From: Oligoflexia bacterium
GTDB taxonomy: Bacteria; Bdellovibrionota; UBA1018
DNA: 32,000 nt
Assembly: GCA_031292385.1 (NCBI GenBank)
Contig: JARLHE010000025.1
Location: forward strand, 3,491-35,490
Reading direction: 5' to 3'
This document shows positions 24,580-32,000 of this stretch, one piece after another. The notes under the pieces were generated by a model. It saw only the letters and a list, made by a program, of their open reading frames with translations. It searched no databases and was not told the DNA's origin. The first letter of the stretch is position 1; each line of letters starts with the position of its first letter. Position numbers and translations under genes: made by a program.

Positions 24580-24633
24580 ACCCACTCTGCGTCAATTTCC
24601 ACACACCCCCGACCCAGCTCATCCGCCCCCCCC

Positions 24634-24662
24634 TTGTCAACAGGTCCGACTCTGCCTAAACT
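24634..24662 (+). promoter_or_regulatory. sigma70-like promoter TTGTCA-17-TAAACT for the 107-aa / coiled-coil-ACD gene pair
   Basis: The spacer is exactly 17 nt. The promoter lies about 77 nt upstream of the ATG at 24739, which has a strong SD (AAGGAAGGA). A C8 tract (24626-24633) abuts the -35 element. Confidence 0.5.
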
Positions 24663-24738
24663 CAATAGAACGGGGCTCCCCTCAGGACGAGAGGCCCCAA
24701 GATAGAGACCGTCGTCAAGATCCAAGGAAGGAACACGG

Positions 24739-25062
24739 ATGATCCACGTCGCAAAAAGTCGCGTTCAGCAGATCGAATATCTCATCGAGCAATCAATACA
24801 GGGCAACCATGTTCTTTTCGATCACGATGCCATGACGCACGTTCTGAGGGATGGATCGGGTTCGGGTCTTTTAGCCCCGCTTTCCGAAGAAGAAGCCTAC
24901 GGCGTCGAGCACCATATCGAGCGGCTGATCGGTGAGCCCTCGCTTTTGCGCAAACGCGCCTATCTCGAAAGCCTGGATAGCCGCACCTACGCGTGGGTCG
25001 TGCGGACTTATTTCAACATCATCGAAAACAATCTCTGGGAATCGCAAGAGGTTCGGCACTGA
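24739..25062 (+). CDS. hypothetical protein (107 aa)
   Basis: Strong SD and a balanced composition. Its stop overlaps the next start (TGATG). No family recognised. Confidence 0.65.
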   Translation: MIHVAKSRVQQIEYLIEQSIQGNHVLFDHDAMTHVLRDGSGSGLLAPLSEEEAYGVEHHIERLIGEPSLLRKRAYLESLDSRTYAWVVRTYFNIIENNLWESQEVRH

Positions 25063-26345
25063 TGTCGATCGGCTCGATCCCGCCCTCCGGACCGCCGCTC
25101 TCCCCCCGACTTTCTCGTCGAGCTAGCGCGCGCCCCGCTGATGAAGGCGGCAACCTGAGCTCGTCGGATGCCATGAGGCTACAAAAGGACGCAAACGATC
25201 GCGCCACGGCCGTTCAAAACGAGATCAACCAGATCAACCTCGAGGGCCAGCAGAACGAAGACCAGCTCAAACAGCAGTACGAACAGAACTACATGGCCGA
25301 AGGCGTGCGCTCGGAGGCGGCCATCGAAGCCGAAAAGACCAAGGGCTACGAAAAACTTCGCGCGATCCAGCGGCAAAACCAGGCGGAAGAACGGCGCCTG
25401 CAAAATCAGGGTGAAAGCGACATCACCGCGATTCAAGAACGCTTCCGAACCGAAATCCCTCGCGCCCGCGCCGCCGGGGAAAACGAGCTGCGGGAAGTCC
25501 AGACCTCAAGCACGCAGCAGCAGCAATACGAAAGAGCCCGAAGCGAAGACGACCTTCAAGCGCTGAAAAAAGACCATGAAACCCGGACCACTACGCTTCG
25601 GGAAACCAACGAAGAAAGACTCGCGCGCCTTCAGGCGGATTACCAGAAGCGCTACGAGGAGAAAAAAACGACCACCGAGCTCGCGACCCAGACCGCGGCA
25701 AAAAAAATCGAGGACCGGCACAATCGGGTGATCGCCGAGCATCTTCAAGCGGAAAACCGGATCGCCAGGGAGTCGAAGCGCCAGCTGGATTCGCTCCGCG
25801 CCGACACTTCGAAAAAACTCGCCGCCTACCATGACCGCCAATCCGACCCCTTTTACCGGATGGTCACGCTCAATGCCGATTTCTCCGAGGAACGCGATCA
25901 ATATGTCCTCATGGCAAAGGTGCCCGAGTTCGAACAGCCCTTGGTGAAAGTCTCGATCTCCGGCAATCAATTGATCCTCTCGGGCCAGCGCCGGAGCGAA
26001 GATAAGCTCGAACTCGGCCCGGGACGAAGCCAGTCGACCAGTTCCTACCAGAGTTTCGCGGAAACCTTTCCGATCCCGAGCCCCGTGGACGCGAACCAGC
26101 TGACCCGCGAAAGCCACGGAGATATCCTGAAGATCACGATCCCGAAAAAGGCAAACCCGTTCGCGCAGGCGCCGAAGCCGACCCCGGAAGCTCAAGAAGT
26201 GCGACGTGCCACGGTCGAAAAACCGCACTTTCCCGAGAATTTGCCGCACGTCGAAAAAGACGAGCCGGCGCCGGTGGCGGCGAACCGCCGGGACGAGCCA
26301 CCGCCGCCCGAGGGGGCCTCGCCGGGCTCCGGCACTTTGTCATGA
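25062..26345 (+). CDS. long coiled-coil protein with a C-terminal Hsp20/alpha-crystallin domain (427 aa)
   Basis: The ATG at 25062 overlaps the upstream stop. Residues about 40-255 are Q/E/R/K-rich, low in Pro and Gly, and coiled-coil-like. Residues about 262-363 (25845-26150) read DPFYRMVTLNADFSEERDQYVLMAKVPEFEQPLVKVSISGNQLILSGQRRSE...SYQSFAETFPIPSPVDANQLTRESHGDILKITIPKK, which follows the ACD pattern. The C-terminal tail is Pro-rich. Confidence 0.8.
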   Translation: MSIGSIPPSGPPLSPRLSRRASARPADEGGNLSSSDAMRLQKDANDRATAVQNEINQINLEGQQNEDQLKQQYEQNYMAEGVRSEAAIEAEKTKGYEKLRAIQRQNQAEERRLQNQGESDITAIQERFRTEIPRARAAGENELREVQTSSTQQQQYERARSEDDLQALKKDHETRTTTLRETNEERLARLQADYQKRYEEKKTTTELATQTAAKKIEDRHNRVIAEHLQAENRIARESKRQLDSLRADTSKKLAAYHDRQSDPFYRMVTLNADFSEERDQYVLMAKVPEFEQPLVKVSISGNQLILSGQRRSEDKLELGPGRSQSTSSYQSFAETFPIPSPVDANQLTRESHGDILKITIPKKANPFAQAPKPTPEAQEVRRATVEKPHFPENLPHVEKDEPAPVAANRRDEPPPPEGASPGSGTLS

Positions 26346-26363
26346 ATCAAGCTTGGCCGACGA

Positions 26364-26792
26364 CTATTCTTTAGCGAGCTCTTCCAATTCCTTCAGCATG
26401 AAACGAAGGCGGGAATGCAGGTCCTGAAGCGCCTTCACATTTTCCTTGAGGCTGGAAAGCGCGGCATTCTGCACGAGCGTTGCCTGCGCAACCGATGGAG
26501 CCACCGCGGGAGCGAGCCCTGGTCGCGCGATTTCGACGCGAAGGCCGGGAGCCAAAGCGGGCTCGCGCGCGGCCTCGACTCTTTTACCCAAGAACTCGGG
26601 CGGAGAAAAACTTTCGATTTTCACTAACGACTCGGCCTTGAGGTCGCCGGCCTTCAGGACATGGAACGAGTCAGGCCGGCTCGATTCGACCTCGCCCGCT
26701 TGCTGGGCAGCCTGCTTGCCTTTGCGGTAGAGCTGATAAAGATTCGAATACACAAAGGTCGTTCTCTGGGACTTATCATGGGTAGCAGACAT
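26364..26792 (-). CDS. hypothetical protein (142 aa) with a C-terminal amphipathic helix
   Basis: The ATG at 26792 is preceded by AAGGAG 6 nt upstream and gives MSATHDKSQRTTFVYSNLYQLYRKG... The C-terminus reads LSSLKENVKALQDLHSRLRFMLKELEELAKE. No family recognised. Confidence 0.65.
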   Translation of the reverse strand: MSATHDKSQRTTFVYSNLYQLYRKGKQAAQQAGEVESSRPDSFHVLKAGDLKAESLVKIESFSPPEFLGKRVEAAREPALAPGLRVEIARPGLAPAVAPSVAQATLVQNAALSSLKENVKALQDLHSRLRFMLKELEELAKE

Positions 26793-26884
26793 CGATTGCT
26801 CCTTGAACACTGACCTGCGCGAAACCGTCTCCGCTCTTGCCGTCCCCCGCAGGCTCTGGGACGACCGTTACAGGGACTCTAGAG

Positions 26885-26900
26885 AGCAAGCGCGATGCCA
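26885..26900 (-). promoter_or_regulatory. sigma54-like -24/-12 promoter TGGCATCGCGCTTGCT (read on the minus strand) upstream of the 142-aa gene
   Basis: TGGCAT-N5-TTGCT at exact spacing. An unusually AT-rich tract (26941-26980) lies 45-80 nt further upstream, where IHF-type bends often sit in sigma54 promoters. Confidence 0.5.
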
Positions 26901-27018
26901 CGCGTTGAAAGCGAAATTCCGGAAAACCCGATAATGACCAAGCTTAAAATATCCTTTATTTATATATAGTTAATAAAAACACCCCTACTAGGCCGTCCGC
27001 GAGTATGCGAAATGAGCT

Positions 27019-27033
27019 GTCCAAAGTTTGGAC
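27019..27033. promoter_or_regulatory. perfect 15-nt palindrome GTCCAAAGTTTGGAC upstream of gnd-zwf-pgl (candidate operator)
   Basis: A 7-bp inverted repeat with a 1-nt centre, 83 nt upstream of the gnd ATG. It is the only strong dyad in this intergenic region. Confidence 0.3.
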
Positions 27034-27115
27034 GGGTGTCGCGGATGACCCAGGGCGGCCTCCGCCCCCCTGTCGCGCCCCTGACTCAGGCGATGGAATT
27101 GCATGGATCGGCATT

Positions 27116-28063
27116 ATGAAGCTCGGCATGGTGGGATTGGGCCGCATGGGCTCGAACATGGTGAAAAGAATCATGCAGCAAGGCCACGAGCTCGTAATCT
27201 ACGACCGCAACCCCGAGGCGGTCTCATCGATTGGGCTCGGCGGCGTGCAAGGCACGAAATCGCTCGCCGAGCTGGTCTCGCGCCTTTCCGGCCTCGCCGG
27301 ACCGCGAATCGTCTGGATCATGCTGCCTGCGGGTAAAGCGACAAACGAAACCCACGCCGAGCTGGAAAAGCTGCTTCAAAAAGACGACATCGTGATCGAC
27401 GGTGGAAATTCCTATTTCAAAGACGACGTGAAAAACGCCGGGCTGCTGGAAAAAAAGGGAATTCGCCACCTGGATGTCGGCACGAGCGGCGGCATCTGGG
27501 GCCTCGAGCGAGGTTACTCGCTGATGATCGGCGGAGACTCCCAGGCGGCCAATACACTTGAGCCGATTTTCAAGGCACTGGCCCCGCCTCCGGACGGAAA
27601 GCCAGGCTATCTTTATTGCGGCAGACACGGCGCGGGACATTTCGTGAAGATGATCCATAACGGAATCGAGTACGGGATGATGCAAGCGCTTGCCGAAGGG
27701 TTCGATATCCTGCGCGGCGCCGACTCAGAGTCCCTCCCTCCGGAATTCAGGTACCCGATCGATCTGGCGGGCGTCGCCGATGTTTGGAGAAAGGGCAGCG
27801 TGGTGTCCTCGTGGTTGCTCGATCTCATCGCTCTATCGCTCAACCGGGACCCGAGCTTATCGCGCTTCGAAGGCCATGTGCCCGACTCCGGCGAGGGGCG
27901 CTGGGCCCTCATGGCCGCGATCGAGGAGGCGGTCCCCGCTCACGTCCTCTCGAGCGCCCTTTACGTCCGGTTCAGATCGCGAAGAAAACAGGAGTTCGCC
28001 GAAAAACTTCTGTCCGCGATGAGAAACGAATTCGGCGGACACAGTGAATCGAAGGTCGCATGA
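27116..28063 (+). CDS. gnd: 6-phosphogluconate dehydrogenase, decarboxylating (short, about 315-aa type)
   Basis: The ATG at 27116 gives MKLGMVGLGRMGSNMVKRI... (Rossmann GxGxMG). Also present: GGNSYF and GAGHFVKMIHNGIEYGMMQ. The listed ORF start at 27005 adds an implausible P/G/R-rich extension. Confidence 0.9.
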   Translation: MKLGMVGLGRMGSNMVKRIMQQGHELVIYDRNPEAVSSIGLGGVQGTKSLAELVSRLSGLAGPRIVWIMLPAGKATNETHAELEKLLQKDDIVIDGGNSYFKDDVKNAGLLEKKGIRHLDVGTSGGIWGLERGYSLMIGGDSQAANTLEPIFKALAPPPDGKPGYLYCGRHGAGHFVKMIHNGIEYGMMQALAEGFDILRGADSESLPPEFRYPIDLAGVADVWRKGSVVSSWLLDLIALSLNRDPSLSRFEGHVPDSGEGRWALMAAIEEAVPAHVLSSALYVRFRSRRKQEFAEKLLSAMRNEFGGHSESKVA

Positions 28064-29568
28064 CCGCAGCGTCCTGCATTTTCGTCATCTTCGGAGGCAA
28101 CGGGGATCTTGCAAGGCGCCTGTTGATCCCGGCTCTTTACAATATGTCCGAGGCGGATCAACTTCCGGAACGCTATGAGGTGATCGGCACCGGGCGCGCT
28201 CCGCTCACGGATGAGCAGTATCGGGAGAGCGTGAAAAAAGCGCTGCAACTCAAAAAGTCCCGATCGAGCGCCGCTTTGGACGAATTCACCGCACATTTCC
28301 ACTATTTCATCGGCGATATGAGCCAGGTCGCCCCCTATGCCGGTCTTAAGCGGCTTCTGGAACAGGCCGCGAAAAACCAAGGATTCTCGGGCTCCGTTGT
28401 TTTCTATCTCGCAACCCCGCCGGACCTTTTCTGTCAAATCCCGCCGCTGCTCAAAAGCTCGGGCCTGCTCGAGCAGGCTCCGGGCGCCTGGCGCCGCGTC
28501 GTCATTGAAAAGCCGTTCGGCCACGACCTTAATACCGCCCGAGAGCTCAACCGAATTCTACTCGACGCGATGAACGAGGATCAGATTTACCGCATCGATC
28601 ATTTCCTGGGGAAAAGAATGGTCCAAAGCATTCTCCCCATTCGTTTCGCGAACACGATCTTCGAGCCGCTTTGGAACCGAAATTACATTCGATCCGTTCA
28701 AATCACCGCCGCGGAAACTCTTGGCGTGGAAAAGCGCGCGAACTACTACGATCAGGCGGGCGCCCTCCGCGACATGGTGCCGAACCACATGATGCAGGTC
28801 ACCGCGCTGCTCGGCATGGAGCCCCCGAATTCGCTTCGGGCTAGCGACGTTCAGAGCGAGAAACTCAAACTCATCCGGGCCATCACCCCGTTTGACGAAA
28901 GGACGGCGCGCGCGAACGCGGTGCGAGGACAATACACGCAAGGCAAGATCGGCGGCATCACCTACCCCGCTTATCGCTCCGAACCCGGCGTCAAGCCCGA
29001 CTCAACCACAGAAACCTTCGCCGCCCTCAAGCTCTCGATCGATAACTGGCGCTGGAGCGGCGTGCCCTTTTATCTTCAAACCGGCAAACGGATGGCATTT
29101 CCGCTGACGCAAATCGTGATCGAGTTCAATTCCGCGCCCACTCACCCGCTTCCGCAAAATCTTCTCACCTTGAAAATCCAGCCCGACCCGCTCATTTCGC
29201 TTACCCTCGCGACCCAAGCCACGGAGGGAGGCCATCAACTGCGACAGGCCCGCATCTGTTTCAACTATGACGAGAACCTGAAACAAAATGACATCGGCCG
29301 AACCGGATACGAGAACCTTCTTTCGGACCTGATCAACGGAGACGCCACTCATTTTCAAAGCGCGGAGCAGGCCGAAGCGGCCTGGGGCGTGGTGCAGCCG
29401 GCTCTTGATTTCTGGGAAGAAAATCCTAGCGAAAACCTGGAATTTTATCCTGCGGGATCGCTGGGCCCGGTCGGGGCGCGCAGGCTTCCGGAACGCGAAG
29501 GCCGACACTGGCTCCTTCTTGAAAGCGCCCCCGCTGCCGCGCCTCCGCTGGGAGAAAGGGCCGCATAA
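28060..29568 (+). CDS. zwf: glucose-6-phosphate dehydrogenase
   Basis: FVIFGGNGDLARRLL (NADP site), the active-site peptide YRIDHFLGK, and EKPFGHDL. ATGA overlap with gnd. Confidence 0.95.
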   Translation: MTAASCIFVIFGGNGDLARRLLIPALYNMSEADQLPERYEVIGTGRAPLTDEQYRESVKKALQLKKSRSSAALDEFTAHFHYFIGDMSQVAPYAGLKRLLEQAAKNQGFSGSVVFYLATPPDLFCQIPPLLKSSGLLEQAPGAWRRVVIEKPFGHDLNTARELNRILLDAMNEDQIYRIDHFLGKRMVQSILPIRFANTIFEPLWNRNYIRSVQITAAETLGVEKRANYYDQAGALRDMVPNHMMQVTALLGMEPPNSLRASDVQSEKLKLIRAITPFDERTARANAVRGQYTQGKIGGITYPAYRSEPGVKPDSTTETFAALKLSIDNWRWSGVPFYLQTGKRMAFPLTQIVIEFNSAPTHPLPQNLLTLKIQPDPLISLTLATQATEGGHQLRQARICFNYDENLKQNDIGRTGYENLLSDLINGDATHFQSAEQAEAAWGVVQPALDFWEENPSENLEFYPAGSLGPVGARRLPEREGRHWLLLESAPAAAPPLGERAA

Positions 29569-29569
29569 A

Positions 29570-30361
29570 ATGCAAGAGCCGCATCTGCAGATCTTTCCCG
29601 ATGCCGACACCCTCGCCTTAGGCGCCGCCGAAGCAATCGCTCAAATCACCAGCCAGTCTATCGAATCCCGCGGGGTATGCAGCATCGCGCTCTCCGGCGG
29701 GAAAACCCCGGTTCGGCTCTTCGAGCACATCGCCAAAGACTATCAAAACGCGCTCGATTGGGAGAAGGTCCACTTTTTCTGGGTCGACGAGCGAAACGTG
29801 AGCCAGGATCATCCCGATAGCAACTACCGATTGGCGCACGAATCCTTGTTGAGGAATTTGCCGATCCCGCTCGAGCATCTGCACCGAATCCCGACGGGCC
29901 GCCATTCAACGATCAAAGGCGCCGAGCGCACCGCCAGAAAATACGAAGACGAGCTTGCGCGATACTTCGAAAGCGAGCCGACCGAGGACCAAGCTTTCGA
30001 CATCGTGCTTCTGGGACTCGGTACCGACGGGCATACCGGCTCGCTCATCACGGACAGCGACCCGAGCCCGTTTTCCGAATACACCGAAACCAAACGCGCC
30101 ATCCCGGTCTGGGTGCCCCAACTTCAAAGCGCGCGGATCACCTTGACCGCGGACTTCATCAATCTGGCGAGAAATATTATCTTCATGGTTTCAGGCGAAA
30201 CCAAGGCGAAAATCCTCAAGAGCGTACTCGAAGCGAAAGCCGTGCATTATCCGGCGCAATTGATCCACCCAGTTTCGAACACGGCGACCTTGAGCTGGCT
30301 CGTGGATCAGGCCGCCGCTTCCTTGCTCAACCCCGATTTACGCGCCTCCAGATGCGCATAA
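29570..30361 (+). CDS. pgl: 6-phosphogluconolactonase
   Basis: The ATG at 29570, 1 nt after the zwf stop, gives MQEPHLQIFPDADTLALGAAE... Also present: ALSGGKTP, FFWVDER and LLGLGTDGHTGSL. Confidence 0.9.
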   Translation: MQEPHLQIFPDADTLALGAAEAIAQITSQSIESRGVCSIALSGGKTPVRLFEHIAKDYQNALDWEKVHFFWVDERNVSQDHPDSNYRLAHESLLRNLPIPLEHLHRIPTGRHSTIKGAERTARKYEDELARYFESEPTEDQAFDIVLLGLGTDGHTGSLITDSDPSPFSEYTETKRAIPVWVPQLQSARITLTADFINLARNIIFMVSGETKAKILKSVLEAKAVHYPAQLIHPVSNTATLSWLVDQAAASLLNPDLRASRCA

Positions 30362-32000
30362 ACCGCCTGAACGATCGCGTGCGCGTCGATCTTGTGGCGC
30401 GCCATCAGCTCCTTGCCCTTTCCCGACCCGGGCAGGCTCTTCACCGCCAGACGATCCACGCGAATCCGCTCGAGACTCAACTCGCTTGCGACCGCGTCTC
30501 CAAGCCCGCCCTCGAGGTAATGATCCTCGACAGTGATCAAACTTTCCTGGGTTCGCTGCGCCTCTCTTAAGATCAAATCGCGCGCCAAAGGCTTAATGCT
30601 ATAGGCATCGATGACGCCGACCGAAATTCCTTCCGAAGCCAGCAAATCCGACGCCTTCACGGCCTCGAAAACAACCACGCCGGTGGCAACCACCGTCACG
30701 CAATCCCCAGGCGAAAGCGCCGTGTCCAACCTCCGAAGAATTCGCGCGCCGCCGATCTCGAAATCCTCCTCGGGACCGTAAAGAAGCGGCGTTGGAGTGC
30801 GCGTGGTTCGCAAGTAACAAAATCCCCGATGCTCGAGCATGATCTCGATCAGCCTCTCGGTTGCCGTCGCATCGGAAGGACTAAGCACCACGCTCCCTGG
30901 GACCGCTCGCATGATCGCGATGTCTTCAAGCCCCATCTGCGAGGGACCGTCTTCCCCGATACTGACGCCGGCATGGCTTCCGACCAGTTTGATATTGAGC
31001 TGGGAAATTCCGCAGCTCATCCGGATTTGATCATACGCTCTCGAGAAAAAGGCCGCGAACGTCGAAACGAACGGAACGCGCCCCAAAGCGGCGAGCCCGC
31101 TCGCGGCCCCGACCATGGTCTGCTCGGCGATGTAGCATTCAAAAAAACGATCGGGAAACCTTTTCAGAAATTCCCGGCTATGAGTGGAATTGCCGACATC
31201 CCCATCGAGAGTAACCACTCGCGAATCCGCTTCACCCATACGGACCAAGGCGTTACCGAAAGCTTCCCGCGTCGCCACCAGCGAGCCCGGCTCGTAATTC
31301 GTCAGCGGAACCAGATGCGCGTCCCGCCGGATGTTTGGACGCCCCGCCGCTTTTGCTCGAGCGGAATCCAGCAAAGGGATCGTTAGCCCGAGCTCTTGGG
31401 CACTTGCCGCCTCCGGACGCAATCGCGCGATGGCCTTTTCGGCCATTTCCGCCGGCAAGGCCCTTCCATGCCAGTTCAGCTGGCCTTCGACATCCGGGAT
31501 TCCTTTACCCTTGATGGTTTGCGCGATGATCGCCAAAGGGCGAGTGCCTTGCCCCCCGTACGAAAGCACGGACAGGATTTCGCCGAGATCATGGCCGTCA
31601 ATGACGTACGAGACCCAGCCAAAGGCCTCGAAGCGGGCGCTATAGATTTCGGCGTCCGCCCCGAAGGCCGTTTCCTGGCTTTGCCCCAAGCGGTTCGCGT
31701 CGACGATCGCGACGAGATTTGAAAGCCTCCGCACCCCGGCAAGCGATGCGGCCTCCCAAACACTGCCTTCGGCAAGCTCGCCATCGCCCATCAAAACAAA
31801 GGTATTGAAATTTCGCCCCGACAATCGCGACTCGAGCGCCATTCCGAGGCCCGCCGCCAGGCCCTGCCCGAGCGAGCCGGTTGCGACATCCACAAAATCA
31901 GCCCGAGGAGTGGGGTGTCCCTCGAGCGGCGAATCGATCTTGCGAAGATTCATCAGATCCTCGACCGGAAAATTCCCGGCCTCCGCCCAAGCCGCATACA
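30307..32000 (-). CDS. tkt: transketolase (single-chain form of the split N-/C-terminal-section type); N-terminus lies beyond the right edge
   Basis: The reading frame stays open to the window edge (…YAAWAEAGNFPVEDLMNLRKIDSPLEGHPTP…). It contains TGSLGQGLAAGLGMAL, GDGELAEGSVWEA (ThDP/Mg site) and the Pyr-domain YIAEQTMVGAASGLA. Its 3' end overlaps the pgl 3' end by 55 nt. Confidence 0.9.
   Translation of the reverse strand, partial: YAAWAEAGNFPVEDLMNLRKIDSPLEGHPTPRADFVDVATGSLGQGLAAGLGMALESRLSGRNFNTFVLMGDGELAEGSVWEAASLAGVRRLSNLVAIVDANRLGQSQETAFGADAEIYSARFEAFGWVSYVIDGHDLGEILSVLSYGGQGTRPLAIIAQTIKGKGIPDVEGQLNWHGRALPAEMAEKAIARLRPEAASAQELGLTIPLLDSARAKAAGRPNIRRDAHLVPLTNYEPGSLVATREAFGNALVRMGEADSRVVTLDGDVGNSTHSREFLKRFPDRFFECYIAEQTMVGAASGLAALGRVPFVSTFAAFFSRAYDQIRMSCGISQLNIKLVGSHAGVSIGEDGPSQMGLEDIAIMRAVPGSVVLSPSDATATERLIEIMLEHRGFCYLRTTRTPTPLLYGPEEDFEIGGARILRRLDTALSPGDCVTVVATGVVVFEAVKASDLLASEGISVGVIDAYSIKPLARDLILREAQRTQESLITVEDHYLEGGLGDAVASELSLERIRVDRLAVKSLPGSGKGKELMARHKIDAHAIVQAVYAHLEARKSGLSKEAAA

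Noticed and set aside
27088-27103. Partial sigma54-like match AGGCGATGGAATTGCA just upstream of gnd
   Set aside because: The -24 element deviates (GGCGA instead of GGCAC). The predicted TSS would fall on or next to the ATG at 27116, removing any ribosome-binding region. I consider it a chance match.

Overview
The window is about 57-60% GC by eye and gene-dense (about 36 protein genes and 1 tRNA). It comes from a diderm bacterium, since lnt, a lipobox lipoprotein and a beta-barrel OMP are present. cdaA, a type-2 IleRS and several sigma54-type promoters suggest a Bdellovibrionota- or Myxococcota-like lineage, but that is a low-confidence inference. Most of the window is core metabolism in tight, translationally coupled blocks. 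(1) cdaA<-ftsH<-tilS on the minus strand, with a CAU-anticodon tRNA divergent from tilS. (2) ileS-trmO. (3) A pantothenate/CoA-entry operon: Rossmann+DUF2520 protein, panB, panC, coaX, panD. (4) An oxidative pentose-phosphate operon, gnd-zwf-pgl, convergent with tkt. Between about 16.1 and 26.8 kb lies a less conventional block. It holds a 628-aa secreted protein with a glycine-zipper hydrophobic hairpin, a secreted HExxH protein divergent from an S8 subtilase, and lnt followed by a Cys-rich lipoprotein. It also holds a divergent cluster of uncharacterised genes: a TRASH-type zinc-ribbon protein with an internal domain duplication, facing a coupled pair made of a 107-aa protein and a long coiled-coil fused to an Hsp20/alpha-crystallin domain, followed by a convergent 142-aa protein. 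The strongest non-coding signal is four -24/-12 (sigma54-like) elements, all intergenic and correctly oriented, upstream of secreted or uncharacterised genes. No CRISPR array, transposase, integrase or recognisable defence or toxin genes were seen. All calls rest on hand translation, motif recognition and hand folding; no searches were run.
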